DNA of 64,000 bases from an uncultured Bacteroidales bacterium (GTDB lineage: Bacteria > Bacteroidota > Bacteroidia > Bacteroidales > UBA932). How positions within the stretch are numbered: position 1 is the first letter of the stretch; each line of letters starts with the position of its first letter. The position numbers and the translations under genes were made by a program. The stretch lies in contig ONOI01000003.1 of the NCBI GenBank assembly GCA_900319375.1, forward strand, positions 783 to 64,782, written 5' to 3'. The notes below the pieces were generated by a model. That model searched no databases and was not told where the DNA came from. It worked only from the letters and a program-made list of their open reading frames with translations. This document shows, in pieces, positions 48,231 through 57,214 of the stretch.

Positions 48231-49780
48231 TTCGAGTAGTATTTTGCCATTTCGAGCCAATTTCCGAGGCTTTCGCCTACGGTAGCTCCGCAAGATTCGC
48301 GGTACAGGGCCCAAACGAACCAGTACCAGGCGATGAGTGCCGTGTAGATAAGATAATGTTCTTCGAGAACCGGTGTCCAGCTTTCTTTCAGGTACTCGCG
48401 TATGAAGGCCTTGGCCTTGGTGCGATCGTACATGGCGTCGACTATGTAGTATCCTACGTCGATTCCCGGATCGGAGCAGCCCGAATACTCCCAGTCTATA
48501 AGGATAACGCTGCCGTCAGGACGGAACATCCAGTTGTGGCGGTAGGTGTCGCCATGGCAGAAACATGGACCGACTCCGTCGCCAAGCGTCTTTTCGTAGA
48601 GACGGCCGATGCGCTCTTTAAGTTCCAGATAGGGAGCGAAGCAGCCGGGAGCTTTCTCTTCCAGCATCTTCTCTATCTCCAGCGAGTCTTCCCAGGGCTT
48701 GAGACCCCAGTCGAGTTTTACAGGTGAGGAGTGAAGTTCCCTAAGAACAGCCAGAACCTTCGATGAATCCTCGTCTGAAGCATAATCCGGCTCGCGGAAT
48801 TCAGGTACATACCAGCTGATCTTCCAGCCCTCGCGCTCGTCGAGGTAGATATAGGTAGGGTCTATGCCCAGTTCTTTCGCCTTTTCGAGCGAACGTTTTT
48901 CATGAGTTCGGTCAATGATTTTCTCCGTTCCGTCGCCGGGGTGGCGGTAGATGTAGTCCTTGCCATCTACCCTGAAGATAAATGATGTGTTGGTAAGTCC
49001 TTCGCTTATCTTTCGGAAATCGGTAATATCGGCATCTGAGCAGCTGAAAACGCTCTTGATATTATCTATAATCCGGCTGCGGGAGTCGGCTATGTAGTCG
49101 CTGTCGAAGGCACGCAGTTCTTCGAAGAAGTCGAATTCGAAAATCTTGCCCTGAGGGTACTGCTTGAAGTAGAAGGGGGGAAGTACCTGGAGATAATCCC
49201 TGACCAGCCACTCCCAGTAAGACTGACTGTATTTTCCTTCCTTGTCTGATTTCGCTGCAAGGATGAACTTGCGGGCGAATTCGGCTGTCCAGAAGGAATG
49301 TCCGAGAAGGATCTTGCCTCTCTTGCGGCCTTTTTCCATCCGGGTTATACGTCCGGAGTGGTCTACGCTTACGAACATCTCTTTCGATGCGAAATCCACT
49401 TCTTCTCCTGCGTAGAAACTGTGTTCTTCTTCAGTGTTGAAGGGGTTCTCGGTAAAGTAATCGTCGCAGGAACAGATGTAGGCGTCTTCAAGATAGTCGG
49501 CCGCGCAGAGCAGGCTATCTATATTGTTGGTTATGTTGTAACGCGGATTGTCCACCAGTCTTACCCCGTATTTTTCGCTCAGGTATGAGAACATCTCCTT
49601 TTTGTAGCCGAGAACAACTGTAATATCGTCTATCCCGGCTTCCTTGAGCTGTTCTATCTGCCTGTCTATAAGTCGCTGTCCGCCAACCGAAAACAGACCT
49701 TTCGGCTGCTCGAGCGAGAGGGGAACGAAGCGGGTGGCCGCTCCGGCTGCGAGGATGACTGCGTGGCGTACTTTTGTCAT
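48227..49780 (-). CDS. Fused NTP-transferase (LicC-like) / choline-ethanolamine kinase-like (LicA-like) protein
   Basis: N-term AVILAAG.ATRFVPLS...PKGL; C-term GLTN.SF, CHGD....N, LIDWEYSG. Confidence 0.9.
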   Translation of the reverse strand: MTKVRHAVILAAGAATRFVPLSLEQPKGLFSVGGQRLIDRQIEQLKEAGIDDITVVLGYKKEMFSYLSEKYGVRLVDNPRYNITNNIDSLLCAADYLEDAYICSCDDYFTENPFNTEEEHSFYAGEEVDFASKEMFVSVDHSGRITRMEKGRKRGKILLGHSFWTAEFARKFILAAKSDKEGKYSQSYWEWLVRDYLQVLPPFYFKQYPQGKIFEFDFFEELRAFDSDYIADSRSRIIDNIKSVFSCSDADITDFRKISEGLTNTSFIFRVDGKDYIYRHPGDGTEKIIDRTHEKRSLEKAKELGIDPTYIYLDEREGWKISWYVPEFREPDYASDEDSSKVLAVLRELHSSPVKLDWGLKPWEDSLEIEKMLEEKAPGCFAPYLELKERIGRLYEKTLGDGVGPCFCHGDTYRHNWMFRPDGSVILIDWEYSGCSDPGIDVGYYIVDAMYDRTKAKAFIREYLKESWTPVLEEHYLIYTALIAWYWFVWALYRESCGATVGESLGNWLEMAKYYSK

Positions 49781-49783
49781 CTG

Positions 49784-51349
49784 TTAGAACCTGTTTTTCG
49801 ATCCAAGACCGCGGAAGACGGCTTTGAGTACTCCTTCCCGGGCGCTTTCGTAAGGCTTCCCTTCGAGGATGAGCTGCTCTACCTTAAGATCTTTTATCTC
49901 ACTGGCAGGAATCTCGTATGGGTTGGCGCTGAGGATTACCATATCCGCAATCTTGCCCTTTTCGAGCGAGCCGCGCTCCTTTTCGTCGAAGCTGATGAAG
50001 TAGCCGTTGTAGGTAGCCATCCTGATGGCCTGCTGGATACTGACGCGCTCCTTTTCGTTGGGGTTGTTGACACATTTGTCTATCCACACGATGGGGTCGG
50101 GAGAGGTGCATGGAGCATCCGAACCGAGGCCTACTACGATTCCGTTGCCCACAAAGGTCTTGATAGGGTTGAGGCGCGAGCAGCGCTCTTTTCCCATCAG
50201 ACTTTCGAGATACTCGTCGGGTTCCTGCTTCCACTCTATGAATGCGCTCTGGACGGGCATTGCGATATTGTATTCGCTGCAGATCTTGATTCCTTCTTCG
50301 GTAGGGAGGCAGTCGTGGATAATTCCGTGGCGGTGGTCCTTGCGGGGGAAGTCGTCGAGGGCGGCCTTGAGGCACCGGGTCGCCTGATCGAAAGCCTTGT
50401 CGCCGATGGCGTGCATTTCGATCTGGAGCCCGGCGCGGTTCGCCGCCTTGCAGAATTCGGTAACCGTCTCGTCCGAGTAATAGAGGACTCCGTCGGTTCC
50501 GTCGGTATAAGGCTCGTTCATGGCGGCATCGCCGGAGCCGAAGCAGCCGTCCAGCGCACACTTGAAGCAACCGCCGATACGGGGCAGCTTGCGCGATTTA
50601 GCGACCTTGATCTCCATCGACTGCGGGAATACGCGGACCTGGAAGCCGTTCTTGAGGCTCTTGGCAAAGATCTTTTCGGTAGTAATATCGAGATCTCCGA
50701 TGAAACCTACTCCGCTGACGGTATGGACCATTCCGATACCGCGCTCGGCCTGGAAGTCTGCCGCCTGCTGCATCTTGGAGAAAAGGTCCACGATGCTGAG
50801 GCTGCCGGTGATGTAGTCGGATACCTTGAAGAAGGCTTCCTGGTTCATCTCGCCGGTATCCGGGTGATAACCGCGCAGGGTATTTACCTGTTTGTCTATT
50901 TTCTGAAGCAGTTTGCTGTTGACGATGCAGGCATGGCCGTCGTACTTGACTACCATTATCTCCTTGTCCGGACAGACCTTGTCCAGTTCCTCGCGGCTGA
51001 TGAGCCTGCGCTCCTTTACCGAATAAGGAGAGGCGCCGAATGCGATAAGGGTCTTGGCGTTGCCGCTCTTCTTGTAGAATTCGGCGACCATCTTCGAGAT
51101 TTCCTCGTTGGACTCCGCATCCATCACATTGAGTCCTGCATTGAAGATGGAGAACGACGCAAAATGTTGATGGGTATCCACAAAAGAGGGGATGAGGGCC
51201 TTGCTGCCCAGATCTACGGCCTCAGCGCCGGCGTACTCCTTGGGGAGAGTCTTGCCTACATAGATTATGCGTCCGCCGTCTTCGACCAGATACTTTGCTA
51301 CAGTGTCCTTGGAGTCCACTGTAAGGATAGCGCCTTTATAAACTTTCAT
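49784..51349 (-). CDS. Amidohydrolase-3 (YtcJ-like) metallohydrolase
   Basis: P.FVDTHQH, K..LDG.FGS..AAM..PY, HAIGD.A, RH.IIH, GSDAP, GSLE.GK.AD.VIL. Confidence 0.9.
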   Translation of the reverse strand: MKVYKGAILTVDSKDTVAKYLVEDGGRIIYVGKTLPKEYAGAEAVDLGSKALIPSFVDTHQHFASFSIFNAGLNVMDAESNEEISKMVAEFYKKSGNAKTLIAFGASPYSVKERRLISREELDKVCPDKEIMVVKYDGHACIVNSKLLQKIDKQVNTLRGYHPDTGEMNQEAFFKVSDYITGSLSIVDLFSKMQQAADFQAERGIGMVHTVSGVGFIGDLDITTEKIFAKSLKNGFQVRVFPQSMEIKVAKSRKLPRIGGCFKCALDGCFGSGDAAMNEPYTDGTDGVLYYSDETVTEFCKAANRAGLQIEMHAIGDKAFDQATRCLKAALDDFPRKDHRHGIIHDCLPTEEGIKICSEYNIAMPVQSAFIEWKQEPDEYLESLMGKERCSRLNPIKTFVGNGIVVGLGSDAPCTSPDPIVWIDKCVNNPNEKERVSIQQAIRMATYNGYFISFDEKERGSLEKGKIADMVILSANPYEIPASEIKDLKVEQLILEGKPYESAREGVLKAVFRGLGSKNRF

Positions 51350-52059
51350 TGCTTGTAGTTTTTGTATGAAGGGTCAATCGCGCAGAGTTCCTGGAAGGAA
51401 TCAATCTCCACTATATCGCCCTTCTGGCATTCGTGTATCTTAACTTTATAATTGTCTTTTCTGAGAACCAGAGGTACGAACTCATAGAAAACGTCTCTGC
51501 CGCCTTCTTCGTTCCATACACTCTCGATATCCCTGCGCAGTTTGTCGCAGTCTTCCGGGGTCCAATAGGAGATACCGTAGCAGTTGTAGCACTCCTCTCC
51601 TCCCTTGCGGTAGTTGGTCGCATAGCCGTCCTTCTCGCTCAGACACCAGTCATCGGTCTGCCTGGCGAAAGAGCCGAGGTAATCCGAGCCGGAGTGCCAT
51701 TTCCTGATGACGTCGGGATTTGCGATAAGCAGGTCTGCCTCGCAGATGTAGATGCCGCCTTCAATGAGGTCCAGGGCTGCATGGGCGGAAGAGATGCTGT
51801 TGGTCTTATCGAAAAGATCGTTGTCTATGAACTTGATGTCCGGGTATTTTTCGAGGAGTTCGTCGAAACACTCCTTTTTGTAACCGCGGACTATCGTAAT
51901 GTCTTCGATTCCGGCATCCTGCAGGGCGTCGATAATAGTATCGATGATTCTTACTCCGTTTACCCTTACGAGAGGCTTGGGCCTTTCGAGCGTTACGGGA
52001 ACCATCCTGGAACCGAATCCTGCCGCGAGTATTATAGCTTTTTCTGCGCTGTAAGTCAT
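51346..52059 (-). CDS. Stand-alone LicC-like cytidylyltransferase (NTP-transferase)
   Basis: Likely ATG at 52059 (ATGA overlap); AIILAAGFGSRMVP....PKPL, RGYKKE, EIDS. Confidence 0.88.
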   Translation of the reverse strand: MTYSAEKAIILAAGFGSRMVPVTLERPKPLVRVNGVRIIDTIIDALQDAGIEDITIVRGYKKECFDELLEKYPDIKFIDNDLFDKTNSISSAHAALDLIEGGIYICEADLLIANPDVIRKWHSGSDYLGSFARQTDDWCLSEKDGYATNYRKGGEECYNCYGISYWTPEDCDKLRRDIESVWNEEGGRDVFYEFVPLVLRKDNYKVKIHECQKGDIVEIDSFQELCAIDPSYKNYKQ

Positions 52060-53054
52060 ATAAGTTTCATGCCCCAGCCGTAGACCTTGTCTATGACCGG
52101 AGTCTCTAAATTGTTCTTTTCCGCCAGTTCCTTGATCCACCTGAGCCCGAAGGGGAAGTCTTCGGTAAAATAGCGGCTGGCGCGATCCAGCTTCCAGCCT
52201 CCCTCGCAGGGTATCATCGGGCTGGTGATATTCTGGAAAGCGGCTATCGAGGATATTTTGCGTGTAAGCGAGGGGGCATCATTGCTCTCGTAATACTCCA
52301 GGAGGGTAGGGATGCCTTTAACCTCGAGTTTATCCAGGAGAGTGAAGAACTCCTTATCCATCTCAATAAGAGTCTGGGAAGCCTCGTCAGTCCACTCCTT
52401 GTAAAAGAGGATGTTGTGGTCGAAGACCTCGTCTTCCCGGCCGCAAAACATTGAGTAAAGCCTGCCGGTATGAAGAATGGGATTGGAGTTGGTCAGGGAG
52501 ACCTGGAGATAATTATCTGCAAGGACTACCGGAGTTCCGAAGAGTTCTCCCAGAGTCTTGGTGAACTCTGCAGGAAGGTTTTCGAGCGCTGCAATCAGGT
52601 TGTTCTTATAGCCAAGAAGAAGGGCTTTCGAACCATATTCCGCGACCCTTGCTATGTACGGAACTCTTTGGAAACCAAATAGTTTCGCGCCGTGGCTGAG
52701 TATTTCGTGGGCAAAGAAGAAAAAGCCGGTGCTTGAGACTACCGAGCCTACCGCGGCTTCTCCTATGAATGGCTTGATCGTTTTGAGGGTCTTTTCAATC
52801 AGATAACCGGGAACGCAAAGAAGTACTATATCGCTGCCTTTGACGGTTTTGGAAGGATCTGATGAGACTGAGTCAAGTTTTCCCGAGTAAACCTTTCCGT
52901 CCGGGTCTGTAACCTCGAGACTGTCACTCCATTTCTCGGGATGTCCGGAAAGGATTCTGACGCTTACTCCGGGAAGAGAAGAAAGGACGCCTGCGCATAC
53001 GTGGCCCAGTGAGCCCCCGCCGCAGATGGTGATGTGAGTGTTAAGTCCTCGCAT
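52056..53054 (-). CDS. NAD(P)-dependent opine (octopine/nopaline) dehydrogenase family protein
   Basis: Rossmann motif ICGGGSLGH; RVPYIAR, L..SNPILH..R, FY..W, SRYFTEDFPFGL. Confidence 0.82.
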   Translation of the reverse strand: MRGLNTHITICGGGSLGHVCAGVLSSLPGVSVRILSGHPEKWSDSLEVTDPDGKVYSGKLDSVSSDPSKTVKGSDIVLLCVPGYLIEKTLKTIKPFIGEAAVGSVVSSTGFFFFAHEILSHGAKLFGFQRVPYIARVAEYGSKALLLGYKNNLIAALENLPAEFTKTLGELFGTPVVLADNYLQVSLTNSNPILHTGRLYSMFCGREDEVFDHNILFYKEWTDEASQTLIEMDKEFFTLLDKLEVKGIPTLLEYYESNDAPSLTRKISSIAAFQNITSPMIPCEGGWKLDRASRYFTEDFPFGLRWIKELAEKNNLETPVIDKVYGWGMKLI

Positions 53055-53077
53055 TATTTTTCTCAAGGTGTAACTTA

Positions 53078-53085
53078 CAAATGTA
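53078..53085 (-). promoter_or_regulatory. -7 element (TACATTTG) for the opine/lic operon
   Basis: Exact TAnnTTTG match on the minus strand, 23 nt before the likely ATG at 53054. Confidence 0.6.
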
Positions 53086-53109
53086 ATAAAAATGCGGGAC
53101 TTAAGGACA

Positions 53110-53937
53110 CTATCGAATCATAACTTCAACGGGAATAACGGTGCCTCTCTGGATAGGGTGCAGAATATATCTTAAAGTACGGGTCTGACCTTCTACCTCG
53201 TATTGGAATATCAGTTCCGTTGCCGGGTTACCGGTAGTAGGGTTGGGAAGATCGTTGGGGTAGCAGTAGAGTATCGTCCCAGGGTATTGGGAATAAAGGC
53301 CGATATCGTAGGGAAGTCGAACCTTTTTCGAGGCGACCGGGTCGCGGACCGAAAACCCGCGCTCTCGGAACATCTCCGCCTGGCCGTTGACATTCTCGAG
53401 CCAGACTCGCGGGTTTTCTGCCAGCCGGTCGCCGTCCATCCAGTTCGAGACTTCGGTAAGCTGGACAGTACAGAGCAGGGGAGTCAGCGCGATTGTCGTG
53501 TCCCGGCCCGGGACAAAGGAGCCGATGCCGGTCATGAGCGGGGCCTTAGGATTGTCGTCGGTAAAGCGGAATACCAGCTCTTCCAGAGAATCGAAGTGAT
53601 TCAAGGCATCAAGATTAAAAGTCCCGCGGACATTGGCTACTACGGCAAGTGTTTTCGGGAGGCTGTCGCTCAGGCTCAGGAGGGCTTTGTCGGCGCAGAC
53701 GCGCCTGTGTAATTGGAGATCCCGCAGGCCATCTGCCCTATACACGAAAAGGTCAAGACTCTCTATAGGGTAAGGCGCCGCGAAATTGATCTGGCTATCC
53801 AGAACCGTTGAGTCCTGTTTTACCTCCTGTATAGGTTCGGGCGGGGAAGGGTAAAGCGTTTCTTTGCCCCCATTTATACGACAAGCTCCCGCCAGAAGCG
53901 GGAGCATAGTCATTACAAGTATTTTGAGCTTTTCCAT
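53110..53937 (-). CDS. Lipoprotein of unknown function, FimB/Mfa2-like character
   Basis: Likely ATG at 53937 (TAATG overlap with nqrF); lipobox LAGAC; IESLDLFVY, VVANV, LMTG and LTPL resemble Bacteroidales fimbrial-fold proteins. Family call is weak. Confidence 0.5.
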   Translation of the reverse strand: MEKLKILVMTMLPLLAGACRINGGKETLYPSPPEPIQEVKQDSTVLDSQINFAAPYPIESLDLFVYRADGLRDLQLHRRVCADKALLSLSDSLPKTLAVVANVRGTFNLDALNHFDSLEELVFRFTDDNPKAPLMTGIGSFVPGRDTTIALTPLLCTVQLTEVSNWMDGDRLAENPRVWLENVNGQAEMFRERGFSVRDPVASKKVRLPYDIGLYSQYPGTILYCYPNDLPNPTTGNPATELIFQYEVEGQTRTLRYILHPIQRGTVIPVEVMIR

Positions 53938-55211
53938 TAACCTCCGAAGTTGTCGAAGAGGATGCTCTCGGGTGCGACGCCGAGCGAGTCGAGCAGGTCG
54001 CACACACACTTTGTCATCATAGGAGGACCACACATGAAGTACTTGATATCCTCCGGAGCTTCGTGGTCCTTCAGATAGGTCTCGTTCATCACGTTGTGGA
54101 CAAAGCCTGCGGTATACTTCACTCCTGCTGCATCTGCCGCCGGATCCGGGCGGTCGAGTGCGAGGTGGAAGTGGAAGTTCGGGAATTCCTTCTCGATCTC
54201 CGCGAAATCCTCAAGGTAGAAGGCCTCGACAAGAGCACGGGCACCGTAGAAGAAGTGGACTTCACGCTTTGTCTTAAGCGTCTTGAAGAGATGCATGATG
54301 TGTGAGCGGAGAGGTGCCATACCGGCGCCGCCGCCTACGAACACGTACTCCATATCGTCCGGATCGTCCTTCGGAAGGAGGAACTCGCCGTAAGGGCCGC
54401 TGATCATCACCTTGTCGCCCGGCTTGCGGGAGAAGACGTAAGTTGATGCGATTCCCGGAGGAACTCCCGGAACGAATTTGAACACGCCCTTGGGCTGAGT
54501 CCTGTCGAACGGAGGAGTTGCGATACGGACGTTGAGTTTGATGACGTCCTTCTCGGCGGGATATGAGGCCATTGAGTATGCCCTGATAGTAGGAACGGTG
54601 TTCTTGAACTTCAGGCTGGTAATGCCGTATTTCTCCCAGTCGCCCTTGTAGATGTCTGCAACTCCCATATCGGAGAAGTCAGCCTCGTACTCGGGGATAT
54701 CGATCTGGATGTACTCGCCGCTCTTGAAGTCGATGTGTTCGCCTTCAGGAAGACGTACGGTGAATTCCTTGATGAAGGTAGCTACGTTCTCGTTGGAGAT
54801 GACCTCACACTCGAGCTTCTTGACGCTCAGAGCGCTTTCGTCCATCCTGACCTTGAGATTGTCTTTTACCTTGACCTGGCAACCAAGTCTCCAGCCTTCC
54901 TTGATCTGCTTGCGGTTGAAGAAGCCGACTTCGGTGGGGAGGATTTCTCCGCCGCCTTCCTCGACTATAATCTTACACTGGCCGCAGTTTGCCTTTCCGC
55001 CGCATGCGGAGGGGAGGAAGATGCCACCCTCGGCGAGGGTACCCATGAGGTTTCCGCCGGGAGTCGCTTCGAGAACTTTCTTACCGTCGTTTATGTCGAT
55101 CTTGACCTTACCCTTGGGGGTAATGGCCGCCTTGATTATGAGGAGAATTGCCACCAGGATGAGGATGACAATCACCATCAGCACCATTGCAGAAATAAGT
55201 GTATTGTTCAT
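53937..55211 (-). CDS. nqrF: Na+-NQR subunit F
   Basis: CGGKANCGQC 2Fe-2S, RAYSMA, GGGAGMAP.RS, MCGPPMM, FD.FGG. Confidence 0.97.
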   Translation of the reverse strand: MNNTLISAMVLMVIVILILVAILLIIKAAITPKGKVKIDINDGKKVLEATPGGNLMGTLAEGGIFLPSACGGKANCGQCKIIVEEGGGEILPTEVGFFNRKQIKEGWRLGCQVKVKDNLKVRMDESALSVKKLECEVISNENVATFIKEFTVRLPEGEHIDFKSGEYIQIDIPEYEADFSDMGVADIYKGDWEKYGITSLKFKNTVPTIRAYSMASYPAEKDVIKLNVRIATPPFDRTQPKGVFKFVPGVPPGIASTYVFSRKPGDKVMISGPYGEFLLPKDDPDDMEYVFVGGGAGMAPLRSHIMHLFKTLKTKREVHFFYGARALVEAFYLEDFAEIEKEFPNFHFHLALDRPDPAADAAGVKYTAGFVHNVMNETYLKDHEAPEDIKYFMCGPPMMTKCVCDLLDSLGVAPESILFDNFGG

Positions 55212-55223
55212 ATTCTCTATCCT

Positions 55224-55838
55224 TTAAAGTGAAATTCCCATAAAGGCCATGAAGGCGATACCCATCAGGCCGACGGTGATGAATGCTATGCCCGTTCCCT
55301 TCAGGGCTGCGGGAACATTGCTGTAGGCCATCTTTTCGCGTATTGCAGCGAGTGTGACGATGGCGAGATACCAGCCGATACCGGAGCCGAGAGCGTAGAC
55401 GGTAGCCTCTCCGAAGCCCGCGAAATCACGCTGCTGCATAAAGAGCGAACCTCCGAGGATGGCGCAGTTTACTGCGATCAGCGGGAGGAAGATGCCCAGA
55501 GACGAGTAGAGGGAGGGGAGGAACTTTTCCACAACCATCTCGACTACCTGTACGATGGCGGCGATTACGGCGATGAAGAGGATGAAGCTCAGGAAGCTGA
55601 GGTCTACGCTAGCGAAACTCTCTCCGAGCCAGCTCAGAGCGCCGGGCTGAAGCACGAACTTGTTGAGCAGGTAGTTGACGGGGAGGGTGATGAGAAGCAC
55701 GAAGATTACCGCGATGCCGAGGCCGTTGGCGGTCTTTACATTCTTTGATACTGCCAGGTACGAACACATACCGAGGAAGTATGCAAAGATCATATTGTCA
55801 ACGAAGATTGACTTTACGAATAAGCTTAAATATTCCAT
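55224..55838 (-). CDS. nqrE: Na+-NQR subunit E
   Basis: [24 protein letters not shown]. Confidence 0.96.
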   Translation of the reverse strand: MEYLSLFVKSIFVDNMIFAYFLGMCSYLAVSKNVKTANGLGIAVIFVLLITLPVNYLLNKFVLQPGALSWLGESFASVDLSFLSFILFIAVIAAIVQVVEMVVEKFLPSLYSSLGIFLPLIAVNCAILGGSLFMQQRDFAGFGEATVYALGSGIGWYLAIVTLAAIREKMAYSNVPAALKGTGIAFITVGLMGIAFMAFMGISL

Positions 55839-55853
55839 AATTCCTTAGTAGTG

Positions 55854-56462
55854 TTATTTTTCCTGGAGAGACTTGTCAATGCTCCTTTGGACCCAGATGA
55901 TGCATCCGATAAGGATGAGGGCCATAGGAGGAAGAATCATAAGGCCGTTGTTGACGTATCCGAGAGATGACAGAACCGGGAATCCGAAGAGAGTTCCGCT
56001 TCCGAGCAGCTCGCGGAAGAACGCGACGATGACCAGGATGAGACCGTAACCTACGCCGTTGGCCACTCCGTCAAGTAAGGAAGGCCAGGGCTTGTTGCCG
56101 AGGGCGAATGCTTCGATACGTCCCATCACGATACAGTTCGTAATGATGAGGCCGATGTAGACCGAGAGCTGCTTGTCGATTGAATAGGCAAAGGCCTTGA
56201 GCACCTGGTCCACGAGGATAACCATCATTGCTACCACCACGAGCTGTATGATGATACGTGCGCGGTTAGGGATGGTCTTGCGGAGCAGCGAGCAGATGAA
56301 GCTCGACACTCCGGTAACGATAATCACTGAGAGGGCCATAACGCAGGCGCCCTTGAGCTCGACCGTAACTGCGAGAGAAGAGCAGACGCCGAGGATCAGG
56401 ACGGTAATCGGATTACCCTTGAGTATCGGGTTGAGGATAGTTTCTTTGAGTTTCTGTGCCAT
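55854..56462 (-). CDS. nqrD: Na+-NQR subunit D
   Basis: LGVCSSLAVT, GLIITNCIVMGR.EAF. Confidence 0.96.
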   Translation of the reverse strand: MAQKLKETILNPILKGNPITVLILGVCSSLAVTVELKGACVMALSVIIVTGVSSFICSLLRKTIPNRARIIIQLVVVAMMVILVDQVLKAFAYSIDKQLSVYIGLIITNCIVMGRIEAFALGNKPWPSLLDGVANGVGYGLILVIVAFFRELLGSGTLFGFPVLSSLGYVNNGLMILPPMALILIGCIIWVQRSIDKSLQEK

Positions 56463-56465
56463 GGC

Positions 56466-57203
56466 TTATTCCTCCTCTGTGGTATTATTGGCTGCAGCGG
56501 CATAGTTTGCGTATGCCTTGAGCCAGATGTTGATGGCTTCGTCGAGGCCCTTGCTGGTCATCGTAGCGCCGGAGATGGCGTCGATGGCATTGGTCTGGCC
56601 TGCGGGAGCGCCGCCCTTCACGATGTGGAAGGGAACTTCGTCTGCGGTGTTGACGGTCTTGCCGGCGAACTGCGCACGGAACTCAGGGTCATCCTTGATC
56701 TTGCCGCCAAGACCGGGGGTCTCGGATTCGTGATCGAAGTAGGCGCCTGCGATCTGAGTACAGCTGCTGTCGAGCGCGATGTATCCCCAGACCGGTCCCC
56801 AGAGACCTGCACCGTAGACGGGCAGGACGGTGGTTCCGTTCTTGAAGATGTAAACAGGAAGATTGTAGTCAGCCTCTCCCTTGATGTTGTAGTTCTGGGC
56901 CTTGAGGTCGGACACTCCGTAGATCTGAGCTGTCTTGGTGTCAAGGGTGCCGGTTTTCTGTCCGTCAGCATCCACGAGGAAGGCCTCCGCGATATTGGAC
57001 TTATAGAAGCCGAGGATGGCTTCGTTTGACGAAGCGTCGAACTCGAACTGGGCTGCGGTCAGGATCTGCCTGATGGTCTCAGCCTTCTCGTTGGCATCCT
57101 GCCTGGGCTTGAGACTCTGCGATGCAAATGCGAGGACGGCTGCCACAATCACGCAGATGAGGGTCGTGTAGATGACCGTATAGACGTTGCTGTTTGTATT
57201 CAT
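56466..57203 (-). CDS. nqrC: Na+-NQR subunit C
   Basis: G.GLWGP.WG, H..ETPGLG, DAISGATMTS FMN site. Confidence 0.96.
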   Translation of the reverse strand: MNTNSNVYTVIYTTLICVIVAAVLAFASQSLKPRQDANEKAETIRQILTAAQFEFDASSNEAILGFYKSNIAEAFLVDADGQKTGTLDTKTAQIYGVSDLKAQNYNIKGEADYNLPVYIFKNGTTVLPVYGAGLWGPVWGYIALDSSCTQIAGAYFDHESETPGLGGKIKDDPEFRAQFAGKTVNTADEVPFHIVKGGAPAGQTNAIDAISGATMTSKGLDEAINIWLKAYANYAAAANNTTEEE

Positions 57204-57214
57204 AACCTTCCTCC

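Noticed and set aside
46786-53054. Phosphonate (AEP) biosynthesis cluster
   Set aside because: No PEP mutase, phosphonopyruvate decarboxylase or AEP transaminase in the window, and a kinase domain implies phosphate esters.
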